IMG/VR virus record: IMGVR_UViG_3300023174_000065
DNA length: 64,000 nucleotides
Origin: a virus
Strand: one strand, 5' to 3'
Part shown: one piece after another, positions 37,970-50,253 of the stretch
How positions within the stretch are numbered: position 1 is the first letter of the stretch
Layout: every line of letters starts with the position of its first letter
Notes under the pieces: model-generated
What the model saw: the letters and a program-made list of their open reading frames with translations, nothing else
Database searches by the model: none
Told to the model about the DNA's origin: nothing
Translations under genes and position numbers: made by a program

Positions 37970-40251
37970 TAGTGTTTGATATTTTTCCACATGGCTACTG
38001 CTGCAATTTTTTTGCCTTTTTCTCCGCCTCCTGCTGCCTTTGCTACTTTATCAAAACTCTTGCCTTTCTTGCCAATATCGCCTCCGGACTTTGCTTTTTT
38101 AACAATATTAGACTTCTTTGCTTTGCTAAGTCCTTCACTTGGCTTCTTAGCTTCGACAACTGGAAGACCTGCCAATCTACGCATTTCTGCGACGTGATGA
38201 GATTCTTCATGCTGTTGATTGAGATGACTGATTAATTTTGCTGCCAATTCTGCTTCTTGATCACCGCCGTTGCCATTATCGTCACTGAACTGGCGCTTGA
38301 CGTGTGTTACAACGCCGTGCTCACCTTTTGTCCATGTTCCATTATCACGATCATAGAATCCCATGACAAGTTCGGCAACTTTATTAATTTTTGTTTTATT
38401 ATCTGAACCAGGTTCAATTAGCCTATGTTCGTCATCGTGTTCAATGCTATCATTTTCACCAACTGGCTCTTCTGGTGTAGGTGTTACTTGGGCTGGCTCA
38501 GTAGTTTCCCAATCAATTTTATCAGCATCATTTCCCATATATGTCTTGATAATTTCACGAGCATCCTCATCTGCGCCGTTAGGCATGTTTGCAATAGCTT
38601 CAATCGCATCGAGTAATGATTGGTCAGTTATTCCTATACCTTTTAGTGCTTGGACAGCTTCTCCATTGACTCCCAGTGGTAATGGATTTTTTACTAGTTC
38701 CTGTAGATCATCAAGTTGATCCTGAGAAAATCCTTCACCTACTATTGAACTTGCCCACGATTCAAATGACGCTATTTCTTGAGTTTGATTCTTGGACTTG
38801 TCTGCTGCAATGATTCTTTCAATTTCAGCATCCAACTGTCCTGGTTTTCTTCCAATTGAATATGGACTAACATTTGCAGATGATACTAATTTGAATTGGT
38901 CACTCTTGCCGGGAATTTCCTTTAGTACTATCCAATTAGCTTTATGAAACCCTTCATCGTCGTCATAGCCATCATCTGCCAGATGGTATCCATCTCCAAG
39001 GTCTGATACTATTTCCGTGTTATATCTAGTATATACATATCCATCTTGTGATTCATGTACATAATCTGACAATTCAATTTCATCTGCTTCCTTCATGATG
39101 GAATGAAGTAGGGGAAATAATTCTAACAATGACTCGTCAAATTTGTTTACTGTGAATGCATCTCGGTAAGTTTCTGTCGTGACTTCATCCAATTCGGTAC
39201 TGGTGCCTTCTTCGGTAGATGATTCCATCCAAGTTTCATAATATTTTTGTTTGCACATAGATTCCATGTGATTTCGTAAGCTCTTCAGCTTCTGGTTTGC
39301 ACGTTCTACGATAGAATTTGCACTATCGGTCAATGTTGAATTACGGACCTTTCGTCCAAAATTACTAAGTTGCATAATTTCTTCGCAAGTTTTCGTAATT
39401 TTTTTACCCGCGTCATCGTGTGGATGTCCACCGTTTGCAACATGACGTTGCATTGCGCGAGCACCAGGCAAGTAGATAAATGGAAATTTAAATCTTTCTC
39501 CATCTTTGTTTTGAATGAATAGATTTTTAATCTTGCGACTTCTTGCACCGGGCTTAGAAGGATCAATTGCCTCACTGTGTCTGATAATCAAGTCGGTATC
39601 TTCAATTGTTCTATGCGATGTTTTAGAACTTCCATACATAGATGATTCTGAAAAATTTGACTTACGATGAGCATCTACATCATCTAGTGACATATACATA
39701 TCAGTATCTCTGTCATAATATTTGCCTTCTTGTGGATCATAATAAACGACTTTTCCTGATTCCAGTCTAAATGGGCCTTCTAGACCTTCATGTGATAAAT
39801 CAGTATATCGTTCAGTATCTATATTAGGTAATACTTTATGTCCTTCTTTAACGCTTGTCATATTCTTTTCCTTGGATCCGGTTTGAGCAAGATATTGAAA
39901 ATCTGTTTTATCTAGATTACCCTTGGCAATATCCCTGGTGTCAAATCTCAATAATCTTCTTTTAGCAAAAAACCTCATTTCTCTAAGAAAATCATACCAG
40001 TTTTTTCTAGTAATATTATCTGATTTTTCAGTGATTCCTTGGCTATAGAATACTTTTAGATTGCCAATATCGTTAATAGATATACTGACTCTGCCTAAAT
40101 TTATTTCTTCAGCAACAAAATCAAAATCAAAAAATCTTGCATCCTGTGGCACAGATGTTACTGCGCTATTTTCGTCTCCCATTTGTAAATTGGAAAACCG
40201 ACTTCTAATTTTTTCAAATAGGTCGTATGCGATCATTTCAATAGGTGTCAT
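37969..40251 (-). CDS. Large conserved head-associated protein (function unknown)
   Basis: 760 aa, acidic with a Lys-rich C-terminal tail; TATAAATA 5 nt upstream; follows terminase. Confidence 0.55.
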   Translation of the reverse strand: MTPIEMIAYDLFEKIRSRFSNLQMGDENSAVTSVPQDARFFDFDFVAEEINLGRVSISINDIGNLKVFYSQGITEKSDNITRKNWYDFLREMRFFAKRRLLRFDTRDIAKGNLDKTDFQYLAQTGSKEKNMTSVKEGHKVLPNIDTERYTDLSHEGLEGPFRLESGKVVYYDPQEGKYYDRDTDMYMSLDDVDAHRKSNFSESSMYGSSKTSHRTIEDTDLIIRHSEAIDPSKPGARSRKIKNLFIQNKDGERFKFPFIYLPGARAMQRHVANGGHPHDDAGKKITKTCEEIMQLSNFGRKVRNSTLTDSANSIVERANQKLKSLRNHMESMCKQKYYETWMESSTEEGTSTELDEVTTETYRDAFTVNKFDESLLELFPLLHSIMKEADEIELSDYVHESQDGYVYTRYNTEIVSDLGDGYHLADDGYDDDEGFHKANWIVLKEIPGKSDQFKLVSSANVSPYSIGRKPGQLDAEIERIIAADKSKNQTQEIASFESWASSIVGEGFSQDQLDDLQELVKNPLPLGVNGEAVQALKGIGITDQSLLDAIEAIANMPNGADEDAREIIKTYMGNDADKIDWETTEPAQVTPTPEEPVGENDSIEHDDEHRLIEPGSDNKTKINKVAELVMGFYDRDNGTWTKGEHGVVTHVKRQFSDDNGNGGDQEAELAAKLISHLNQQHEESHHVAEMRRLAGLPVVEAKKPSEGLSKAKKSNIVKKAKSGGDIGKKGKSFDKVAKAAGGGEKGKKIAAVAMWKNIKH

Positions 40252-40269
40252 AGAGATATTTATACAAGA

Positions 40270-42566
<2,297 letters not shown>

Positions 42567-42593
42567 GTTGATATTTATACAAATGCAAACTCG

Positions 42594-43214
42594 TCATGTG
42601 ATTATTTGATTCGCATTGTATGTTCTTGAATATAAATCGACAAGTGAAATATCTTCTTCGACCAGTGTATTTTTATTGCGTATTCTTACAGTAGTGTCTC
42701 CATCTAAACAGTAGAGTAATGATAGTGACATACCTCGGCCAGTCGTTGGCGTAGTAGTTTGCGCTACAATTCTTGAACCGTTGTCGAACTCAATGCTTTG
42801 TTTGTTGTAACTAGTAACGCCTGCTCTAATACTATCTGGACATAGTTCATATGCATATCTAATCCTAGACATGATTTCCATAGCACCGGTGTGTTTATGC
42901 GCTGCTACTAGAATTGTACTATTGTCGATAAACATTGCATACCATAGAAGATATCCGGCAGCAGTGGTGGTCTTGCCTGTTTGTCTAGGCAACATATTTA
43001 CATTGAATCTATTATCGTGATAACTGTCTATTAATCTTTTTTGATATTCAAATGCCGTATAGGACATTTTGCCTTTTGTTGGATGTTGGATATGAAAGTA
43101 ATTATCAAGAAAATAATGAGGATCTTCAAGGCATTTTGCAAATTCTATTAAGTCTTGTTCGGTAAATACCTGTTTTTTGTGCGCTGTTTTAATTAATGAA
43201 TTGTCTGCTGCCAT
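42594..43214 (-). CDS. terL: Terminase large subunit, N-terminal part, fused to split-intein N-fragment
   Basis: 'YQKRLI', Walker A 'PRQTGKTT' and 'GRGMSLSLLY', then 'CLDGDTTV...' and a stop. Confidence 0.92.
   Translation of the reverse strand: MAADNSLIKTAHKKQVFTEQDLIEFAKCLEDPHYFLDNYFHIQHPTKGKMSYTAFEYQKRLIDSYHDNRFNVNMLPRQTGKTTTAAGYLLWYAMFIDNSTILVAAHKHTGAMEIMSRIRYAYELCPDSIRAGVTSYNKQSIEFDNGSRIVAQTTTPTTGRGMSLSLLYCLDGDTTVRIRNKNTLVEEDISLVDLYSRTYNANQIIT
42597..42710 (-). mobile_element. Split intein N-fragment (IntN, 38 aa)
   Basis: Block A CLDGDTTVRIRNKNTLVEEDISLVDLYSRTYNANQIIT*. Confidence 0.9.
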
Positions 43215-43230
43215 ATAAGTATCTGATAAA

Positions 43231-43258
43231 GAGAGTAGATCACATGCGATCTACTCTC
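43231..43258. terminator. Stem-loop upstream of terL-N (terminator or processing site)
   Basis: GAGAGTAGATC-acatgc-GATCTACTCTC, 11-bp perfect stem; on the - strand it is followed by TTTAT. Confidence 0.6.
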
Positions 43259-43270
43259 CTTTCCTTTTTA

Positions 43271-44122
43271 TTATTGTGCGTTTTTAAACGCCTCGTATTC
43301 TTTTAGCAGCTGAGACGAAAGATTGTTAATTGATTCATGTGCCATTTTGTAAGGATTATCGCCTAATCTCTGCGCAAATCCCTGCTGTTTTGGTTTAACT
43401 TGTTTATCACCATAGTCATGTGGTTCAATTTCTTGTTCAGGACTGTTGTCATACATTGCTTCGGATTTTTCTTCCTGTTCATCGTTGTGATCCCACTCAT
43501 CAAAATCAGTTGCTTCATCATCAGCCGTATTATAACTACCATCTGAGTTAAAACTTCCTGGCATTTGTGATTGATCACCATATGCTTCGGCTTGTTCATC
43601 ATCTGTTCCCCAGCCATCCGCTTCTGCATCTCTACGGGCACGTGCTCGTTCTTTATCTCTTGATGAAACAGTGGGATCAGTAGAATCATCGTCATACTTG
43701 GGATCATTATGATCGCTGTATGCCCATCCCTCATCGGCCATTTTATGGTGATCTTCGGAATTATCAATCATACTGATCATCTTGGCCATGTCATCATTGT
43801 CGGTGTGTGCAGCATGTGGAGATGAAACTTCAATCTCTTTGTGTGAAGGCATTGATGAGGTATTTGACAAACCAGATAACGCCATCAAACTTTTTAACAT
43901 ACTCGCAACTTCGTCACCGCTGTTTGCAGTCACGCTGATATTTGCAGCAGAGTGCGGAGCAGCGGATGGGGCAGGCATATCACCGCACTCTTCAACAGAA
44001 TTTGTATCTTCATATACATTTGATACGGTTGCTATTGGAGTATCAACCGTCATTCTGTTTTTTACATTTGGGTTGCCAGAGTCCAACTCGGCCAATCTTT
44101 TGAGTACGTTGATCATTTCCAT
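43271..44122 (-). CDS. Acidic hypothetical protein (possible prohead core/internal protein)
   Basis: 283 aa, D/E-rich; AGGA-like RBS upstream; head-module context. Confidence 0.55.
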   Translation of the reverse strand: MEMINVLKRLAELDSGNPNVKNRMTVDTPIATVSNVYEDTNSVEECGDMPAPSAAPHSAANISVTANSGDEVASMLKSLMALSGLSNTSSMPSHKEIEVSSPHAAHTDNDDMAKMISMIDNSEDHHKMADEGWAYSDHNDPKYDDDSTDPTVSSRDKERARARRDAEADGWGTDDEQAEAYGDQSQMPGSFNSDGSYNTADDEATDFDEWDHNDEQEEKSEAMYDNSPEQEIEPHDYGDKQVKPKQQGFAQRLGDNPYKMAHESINNLSSQLLKEYEAFKNAQ

Positions 44123-44124
44123 GA

Positions 44125-44706
44125 TTATTTTCCTTTTCTTGAGCCAACTGGGCTGACATTATTTTGTGGAATACCGTTAGAAGTTTCTGAAGAATCTGCG
44201 GTAGGACGAATTTCTCCTCGATCCTTTTGCTTTTCTTTAAGATCATCACTCAATGTTTTTACAAAATTCGCATTATATTTGTCGCCATAGTATTCGTCGA
44301 AGTTTGCATTTGGAGACTCTTTATAAGTAGAATCAGTCAAAAGTGGACCATCATATGTTTTGCCAGGTGATTGATATTCCTCGCTTGGCTCATTTGGATT
44401 CCTCACAACAATTCTTTGCTCATTGATTCGTAATCCATTTCCTAGGTAATTAATCAGTTCATGGGAAGTTACTGGATAATCCAGTGTAATATCCCAGATG
44501 TTAACTTCAGTGTTTGATAGTCTGGGAAAATCAAGGGGAAGTGCCTGAACTGGAGTTTTTGTTGATTTTGAAAATTCAACAATCTGATATTTTTCCAACA
44601 GACTCTTAAGCTTGGTCTCTTCCTCATTTGTGACATCGCCTGCAATCTTTACCTTAAACGAGTAGGTTTTTTTGCTTTCAAATAGATAATCTTTAAAACT
44701 TTTCAT
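44125..44706 (-). CDS. Conserved hypothetical virion protein
   Basis: Probable start MKSFKDYLFE (ATG 44706), with AGGA RBS and TAAATA upstream. Confidence 0.6.
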   Translation of the reverse strand: MKSFKDYLFESKKTYSFKVKIAGDVTNEEETKLKSLLEKYQIVEFSKSTKTPVQALPLDFPRLSNTEVNIWDITLDYPVTSHELINYLGNGLRINEQRIVVRNPNEPSEEYQSPGKTYDGPLLTDSTYKESPNANFDEYYGDKYNANFVKTLSDDLKEKQKDRGEIRPTADSSETSNGIPQNNVSPVGSRKGK

Positions 44707-44722
44707 AGTGGTTTCCTGTAAA

Positions 44723-45202
44723 TTATTTATCGATTCTCTTGAGTTTTTCCAGGAGACTGTTTCGATCCGTGACGATATAGCCTTTGCCTTCAACTGGATC
44801 ATCAGGCACATCGGTTGTTTTTTTGTCAATTGCTAACTTTTTAAGCTGTAATTCAACAATTTTTAATTTTTTATCAATCTTTGCACTCTTTGCATCTACT
44901 GCTGTTTTGAGCATATTGCCTGCTACCTCAAACATCCTGCTGCCATATTTTGCCTCTACGTTCATTCCTAGATCCATGAGATTATCAAATGCTTCTTCTG
45001 CTTTTTTGGCCAACTCGTCTAGTTCACCATCACTGGCATCTCCCAGGCCTTTTACTTTAGGCAACGCCGCACTGATTTTGTCAAGACTTTCAAGACTATC
45101 TTTAAGATTGACTACCTTGGCGGCCTTTACTTTTTTAGGAGAAAGCACGGGTTCAGAATCCTGAACCGGTAGATTTAATATTGATTCCAATTTTTTTGTC
45201 AT
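44723..45202 (-). CDS. Putative terminase small subunit (gp16-like)
   Basis: Helical protein with 'SRMFEVAGNMLKTAVD' resembling the gp16 'PRxxEVxxxLxK' motif; upstream of terL. Confidence 0.5.
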   Translation of the reverse strand: MTKKLESILNLPVQDSEPVLSPKKVKAAKVVNLKDSLESLDKISAALPKVKGLGDASDGELDELAKKAEEAFDNLMDLGMNVEAKYGSRMFEVAGNMLKTAVDAKSAKIDKKLKIVELQLKKLAIDKKTTDVPDDPVEGKGYIVTDRNSLLEKLKRIDK

Positions 45203-45209
45203 ATGCTAT

Positions 45210-45653
45210 TTACCGTTTTTTACCGCCCATGTGAAATAACTCCTCTTCTGTGATCACTCGAAACTTGAGTCCGGCTTTTTTACAGAATTGAGTGGCAACT
45301 TCCCACTTGGCCATGTTTTTAATATAATTTGCTTGTCGATACTTATCTTTTCCAACAGATTCTAATACAGCTTGATTCTTTGGCTTAACTTCCCACAATT
45401 CGGCATGCTTTTTTTGATTTTTATCGACATATACAACTAAAAAATCTGGAACATATACAGTTTGTTTTCCTGTTAATGGATCTCGATATGGAATTTTTAT
45501 GGACTCACTTGCCCATTGTTGTATTGCAGGATTCTCATCACACATTCTCATGACTGAAATTTCCCAAGAACTGCGATACCTAGGAGTTCCTAATCCAATG
45601 TATTTTTCAGGATTTTTTAATTTGTATGATCCTTGAGAAAACTTCATTGTCAT
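45210..45653 (-). CDS. Head completion nuclease (T4 gp4-like, TnsA-N fold)
   Basis: 'KNPEKYIG...YRSSWE...WASE...IPY...YVPDF...EVKP...KW...FRVITE'. Confidence 0.85.
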   Translation of the reverse strand: MTMKFSQGSYKLKNPEKYIGLGTPRYRSSWEISVMRMCDENPAIQQWASESIKIPYRDPLTGKQTVYVPDFLVVYVDKNQKKHAELWEVKPKNQAVLESVGKDKYRQANYIKNMAKWEVATQFCKKAGLKFRVITEEELFHMGGKKR

Positions 45654-46027
45654 GCTGCAATGTTCCTAGAAATTTCTTCCGATGGTACAAATGGAGATGC
45701 ATAGCCAATACTACTAGTTTTATACCTGTTATAATTTACAATCTCGGTGACTAGATTGCTTATTTGCAGTTCACCCAGTCCAGTCAGTGTTTCGATGATT
45801 GTAAGTGGATTAAGACCGTCCAGTTTTGCCTGTCTGATTATCACGCTAGTCATGCTTTCAGCGGCACTTTTTCCAAAACTTTTTGATTCAAAAAATGCAA
45901 TCATTGCATCATATGTAGATGCATCTACTTGAATTGGATTTTTATTATAATTGTCAAGAATGTTCACAGTTGATTGCGCACTATCCTTGGTTGATTTTGT
46001 CGATGGTAAATTATTATAGTAATTCAT
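45650..46027 (-). CDS. Hypothetical protein
   Basis: 125-aa ORF in the tail/head operon. Confidence 0.6.
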   Translation of the reverse strand: MNYYNNLPSTKSTKDSAQSTVNILDNYNKNPIQVDASTYDAMIAFFESKSFGKSAAESMTSVIIRQAKLDGLNPLTIIETLTGLGELQISNLVTEIVNYNRYKTSSIGYASPFVPSEEISRNIAA

Positions 46028-46041
46028 TTATATAATCCTAA

Positions 46042-47754
46042 TTAATTAGTGCCTGGACCATCTGGCAACGGAATATCACTGATTGGACCAGATGAAGTAC
46101 TCACTGCTCCAGAGCTATTATCCATAGTCTCAACGAAATCAATAAGGTCTCTCATTGCCTGTGATTCAGGGTCATAATAGTCAACAACTTGTTGCTGCTG
46201 TGATACACTAGTCTGTACTCTAGTTTCAGCTTCTGATCTTACTACTGTGTATTCCTGCGGAGATGTTACGCTCCTAATAACTTCATTAACTTTATGACCT
46301 ACCGGTGCTTCTCTTGCAACACGGTCATTTGCAGCAGCGTATGCTGAATCTACTTGTTGCTTTGCACTAATCAAATCTTCCTTTGGACTATTTGCCGTCA
46401 ATCCACCTGTGATACCACTAAGGTCTTCGACTTCTATTGGTGGAAGAGAATCAAAATATTGTCCTGGTGCAACTGTATTTCCTGCAGGAGTTTGGTCGGT
46501 TACTGGTAAAATCGAAGACACAGGAGGAGTTGTATTGAATGTTCCACCAAGGGAATTTAAGAAAGAGTCTGCCATTGATCCAGGATCTGTACTAGTGGGA
46601 GGAACATTACTTATGTTTGGAATATATGAGTTGAATGGATTTCGATCTTGGCCGATTGCAGCGCCTGTCAATACAGATACAGCGGTAGCTGCTAATTCTC
46701 CGGTTGTAACATAATTTCCAGATAAGTTTAGGTTCAAATTTAATCCTAAACCGTTTAGTGCTCCTTTAATTACACCATCACCTATGCTATTCAATGCAGA
46801 GTATCCATTAACTCTGTATTCTCCTCGTGCCTTGCCAATAACATCCTGTAATAAATTACTGCCAATATTTTGAATTATATTAGATCCATCGCCATTGAAC
46901 AATCCAGTTGCATCGCCAAATATTTCGGCAGCTCCGGCAACTATGTCATCTAGAATTCCATTACGGCCTGTGCCCAATGGACTCGGACTGTTATCATACT
47001 GAAATACTGCAAATCCTGTTGGCTGATCTTTCCTGACCCTACCACTACCATAGAATACCGCCTCGTATTCCAATGTCATTTTGCTTTCGGCCATTCTATT
47101 TCCTTGAGTCTGATCCATGCGATCATGGTCCCATGACTTTATTTTAGGATTAACTAATTGATAACTCGTGAAAAGCTGCCTACTAAGCTGATATAATGTA
47201 ATTGATCTAAAAAATGGCAGATTGGCTCCGTCTTTAAGACCGTAATCAGTGGGAGTAAATAGTTCATCCGATGACTTGTATTTTGTGTCGCCATATGCTC
47301 CAGTTTTGTTGTCTCGCGCTGTTCCAAATATGCTATTTGTTCCCAGCGATCCGCCTAGGTTAGGATCATTATAATAATATTTGTAATAATTAAGCCATAG
47401 ATTATGCACGGTATTTGCGCTGTCATCGTGCATCGTAAGACTTACAGGAGAATATGTGATGCTTTTTTGTATAATCGTTTTTCTATTATACTGATTAACA
47501 GTTTCCGTGTTTACTTGATATCTAGGTAAGTCAGCGCCTTTTATTAATGCTCCTACTTGCTCAATTCTGCGTCTGTTTGCCCATGCCTTGTCCTTGACAA
47601 CAGAAGTTTCTATGTCAAATACTGCATAATATATCCAGCCAGCTTTTGGAGTAAGAGCAAATGCTTGGTCTAGATAAAGACGACTGGCATGTGCAAAATC
47701 TTTAAGATTTACATTTCCAGGTTGTTGAGTTAAGTAGGAATTAACATTAGGCAT
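46042..47754 (-). CDS. Tail tube-like/baseplate-junction protein
   Basis: N-terminal tube-like domain ('DLP...NQYNRK...Y.PVSLTMHDD...MTLEYE'); directly downstream of the tube gene. Confidence 0.6.
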   Translation of the reverse strand: MPNVNSYLTQQPGNVNLKDFAHASRLYLDQAFALTPKAGWIYYAVFDIETSVVKDKAWANRRRIEQVGALIKGADLPRYQVNTETVNQYNRKTIIQKSITYSPVSLTMHDDSANTVHNLWLNYYKYYYNDPNLGGSLGTNSIFGTARDNKTGAYGDTKYKSSDELFTPTDYGLKDGANLPFFRSITLYQLSRQLFTSYQLVNPKIKSWDHDRMDQTQGNRMAESKMTLEYEAVFYGSGRVRKDQPTGFAVFQYDNSPSPLGTGRNGILDDIVAGAAEIFGDATGLFNGDGSNIIQNIGSNLLQDVIGKARGEYRVNGYSALNSIGDGVIKGALNGLGLNLNLNLSGNYVTTGELAATAVSVLTGAAIGQDRNPFNSYIPNISNVPPTSTDPGSMADSFLNSLGGTFNTTPPVSSILPVTDQTPAGNTVAPGQYFDSLPPIEVEDLSGITGGLTANSPKEDLISAKQQVDSAYAAANDRVAREAPVGHKVNEVIRSVTSPQEYTVVRSEAETRVQTSVSQQQQVVDYYDPESQAMRDLIDFVETMDNSSGAVSTSSGPISDIPLPDGPGTN

Positions 47755-47771
47755 GTGATTATTTATTCAAT

Positions 47772-47800
47772 AAAAAAGGCCCCTGTTTCCAAGGGCCCTT
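47772..47800 (-). terminator. Rho-independent terminator after the tail tube gene
   Basis: - strand AAGGGCCCTT-GGAAAC-AGGGGCCTTTTTT. Confidence 0.8.
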
Positions 47801-47819
47801 CTTAATAATGTGAATAATA

Positions 47820-48449
47820 TTAACCAGTTGCCATTGATCTAGTAACCGGGCGGCCTACATTTTCGCCAATACCTACTGGATTACCAGCCGAGTTTAACTG
47901 AATTGCATTGTCATATGAGATTGCAATGCTTATATCCATTGGATCATTCGATTTATAATCGCCGCCCTGATATGTTGCCTTTTTGACATAGCATCCATAA
48001 AGCTCGAAGCTTTCTAGAACGACTGGCTCATAAGCACCGTTGCCACCGTCTAGAATTTCAATTTGTGTAGTAAACTTGTAATCAATGCCAGATGCAGCAC
48101 TTGATTGTTCAAAAAAGTCAAACTGCTTCTGAACTTGCTCGCCAACAAGTTTACTAACTGCTCCCGATGCGTCATCACGGACAACTAGTGTAATGTCTGC
48201 CCATGTATGTTTACCAGCAAGCTTGATTCTGCTGTTATATGCATCAAGAACAATCTGCTCAAACTCAACGTCTGGTCGGGTGCAGGTCATTACTTGTTTG
48301 GTAATTTCAGTCGATGGTGATGTAATACCAAAGTTCTGGAGTGTCACTCTAAAGCGATACTTGAGCTTTGGCATTAACAAGCCCTGGTTAGGTGAGCTTT
48401 GGCCGGCCGGTAATGGGACCGTCAATTTGCTTAAACTCGCTACTGCCAT
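47820..48449 (-). CDS. Tail tube protein (gp19-like)
   Basis: 'LMPKLKYRFRV...KLAGKHTWADIT...LYGCY...ISYDNA'; GGAG RBS; downstream of the sheath gene. Confidence 0.85.
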   Translation of the reverse strand: MAVASLSKLTVPLPAGQSSPNQGLLMPKLKYRFRVTLQNFGITSPSTEITKQVMTCTRPDVEFEQIVLDAYNSRIKLAGKHTWADITLVVRDDASGAVSKLVGEQVQKQFDFFEQSSAASGIDYKFTTQIEILDGGNGAYEPVVLESFELYGCYVKKATYQGGDYKSNDPMDISIAISYDNAIQLNSAGNPVGIGENVGRPVTRSMATG

Positions 48450-48617
48450 TTTGTTATGCTCCTTATTCTTTGTATTTATGACTATGGCACTATTTTGTGC
48501 TGTGCATTAATAATATTTATACAAAATTAAAATTTGTGAACATGCCGATTTTCTGATAAAATTGATCAAACCTGCCCGGTATTAATAAATAGTTTTAACA
48601 GGATCTATGGGTATATC

Positions 48618-50231
48618 ATGTCAATCATTTGTCAAATATGTAAAAAAGAATTTAAAAGTATCATTAATAATACACACCTAAAAATTCACAATATAAGTGT
48701 CGATGAATATAAGCAAAAATTTGGCAGTAATTCAACTGTTTCAGATGAGTATCGCAAAGCCATTTCAGAACGGAACTCGGGAGAAAAAAATCCTAATTTT
48801 AATAACAACTGGTCAAATGAACAACGAGCAAATTTATCAGAAAAAAATCGAGGAAAGGTGCCTGTAAATAAAGGAAAAAAAGTTAATTACGGGAATAAAT
48901 TTCTAGAAAGCATCAGACATCGAGAAGAAAAATATAAATCCGGGGAATTAACGCGAGTAATTTCAGAAATGACTGAAGATCGAAAACGTAAAATTTCCAA
49001 GTCTGTGAAAAAATACGCAGAATCTAATTCCACTGAATTAAAAACCAGGGCCTATAAAGCCCTTGAAACTAAAAAACAGAATGGGATTGACTTGGCGTTC
49101 TGGCGAGGCAAAAAACATTCTCCGGAAACACTTGAAAAGTTAAAAGAAAATTCTATAAAATCCAATACTGAAAAAAAATTAAAATCATACGAGCGAATAA
49201 CAGCACATTTACTTAATTCAAATCTAGAATTATTGTCTAGTATCTCAGATTCGCAGTTTCATCTTAAATGCACTATGTGCTTAAATCAATTCGCGATTGG
49301 AAAACAATATTTTAATGATTCAAAGTTCAAATTAGACAGATGTCCAGTTTGTTTTCCCAGACAAGCAATTGCCAGAAGTGCGGCCGAGGAGGAGATATAC
49401 CAATTCATCAATATGTTGACGGGCGATGCAGTTCCTAATGCAAGAAATATTGTAAAGGGTGAGATTGATATATTTGTACCATCAAAAAATCTTGCAATTG
49501 AATTTAACGGAATTTATTGGCATAGTGAGCCTGTTTTAGAATCGTTGGGTAAATCTAAAACATCGGATAATGAAAAGAGAATTAGAGTCAAGAATGCAGG
49601 ACTTAGGTACATAGGAATTTTTGAAGATGAGTGGAAATATAAACAGGAAATTGTAAAAAGCAGACTTTCTGGGATACTAGGATTTTCAAATACAACTATC
49701 AACGGCAGACAGTGTGTAGTTAAAGAAATTTCATCGAAAGAATCATCGATGTTCTGCGATGCCAATCATATTCAGGGCAAAGGAAGAAGTAACATTAGGT
49801 ATGGATTATTCTATAAAGAAGAGTTGTTGTCTGTGATGACATTTTCAAAAAATAATATATCAAGAAAAATTAATAATTGGGAAATTAATCGATTTTGTAC
49901 AAAAATAAATCATAGAGTTCATGGAGCAGCTAGTAAATTATTCAAACAGTTCATAAAAGATCATGATCCATATTCAGTGATATCATATGCTGACTCTAGA
50001 TGGAGTGATGGTGATTTATACAAAATGCTAGGATTTAACTTTGAAAAAGATACCGTGCCAAATTACTGGTATGTTTATGGTGGATCATCTAAACGAGTTC
50101 ACAGATATAGCTTGCGTAAAAATAAAAATGATGATCAAACAAAAACGGAAAAAGAACTCAGAACTGTACAGGGATATTATAGAATATGGGATTGTGGAAG
50201 TAGTAAATGGATATGGAAAAGGGGAGAGTAA
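48618..50231 (+). CDS. Hef-like homing endonuclease (Zn finger, NUMOD3-like repeats, PD-(D/E)xK nuclease, GNAT-like C-domain)
   Basis: 'CQICKKEF...HLKIH', 'GKKHSPET', 'EIDIFVPSKNLAIEFNGIYWHS', 'WEINRFC...GAASKLF...ISYAD...IWDCG'; inserted antisense between sheath and tube. Confidence 0.8.
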   Translation: MSIICQICKKEFKSIINNTHLKIHNISVDEYKQKFGSNSTVSDEYRKAISERNSGEKNPNFNNNWSNEQRANLSEKNRGKVPVNKGKKVNYGNKFLESIRHREEKYKSGELTRVISEMTEDRKRKISKSVKKYAESNSTELKTRAYKALETKKQNGIDLAFWRGKKHSPETLEKLKENSIKSNTEKKLKSYERITAHLLNSNLELLSSISDSQFHLKCTMCLNQFAIGKQYFNDSKFKLDRCPVCFPRQAIARSAAEEEIYQFINMLTGDAVPNARNIVKGEIDIFVPSKNLAIEFNGIYWHSEPVLESLGKSKTSDNEKRIRVKNAGLRYIGIFEDEWKYKQEIVKSRLSGILGFSNTTINGRQCVVKEISSKESSMFCDANHIQGKGRSNIRYGLFYKEELLSVMTFSKNNISRKINNWEINRFCTKINHRVHGAASKLFKQFIKDHDPYSVISYADSRWSDGDLYKMLGFNFEKDTVPNYWYVYGGSSKRVHRYSLRKNKNDDQTKTEKELRTVQGYYRIWDCGSSKWIWKRGE

Positions 50232-50242
50232 AAACTCTCCCC
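50221..50242. terminator. Bidirectional terminator between convergent endonuclease and sheath genes
   Basis: GGGGAGAGT-AAAA-ACTCTCCCC perfect 9-bp stem, flanked by A/T runs. Confidence 0.75.
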
Positions 50243-50253
50243 TAATCTTTTTA

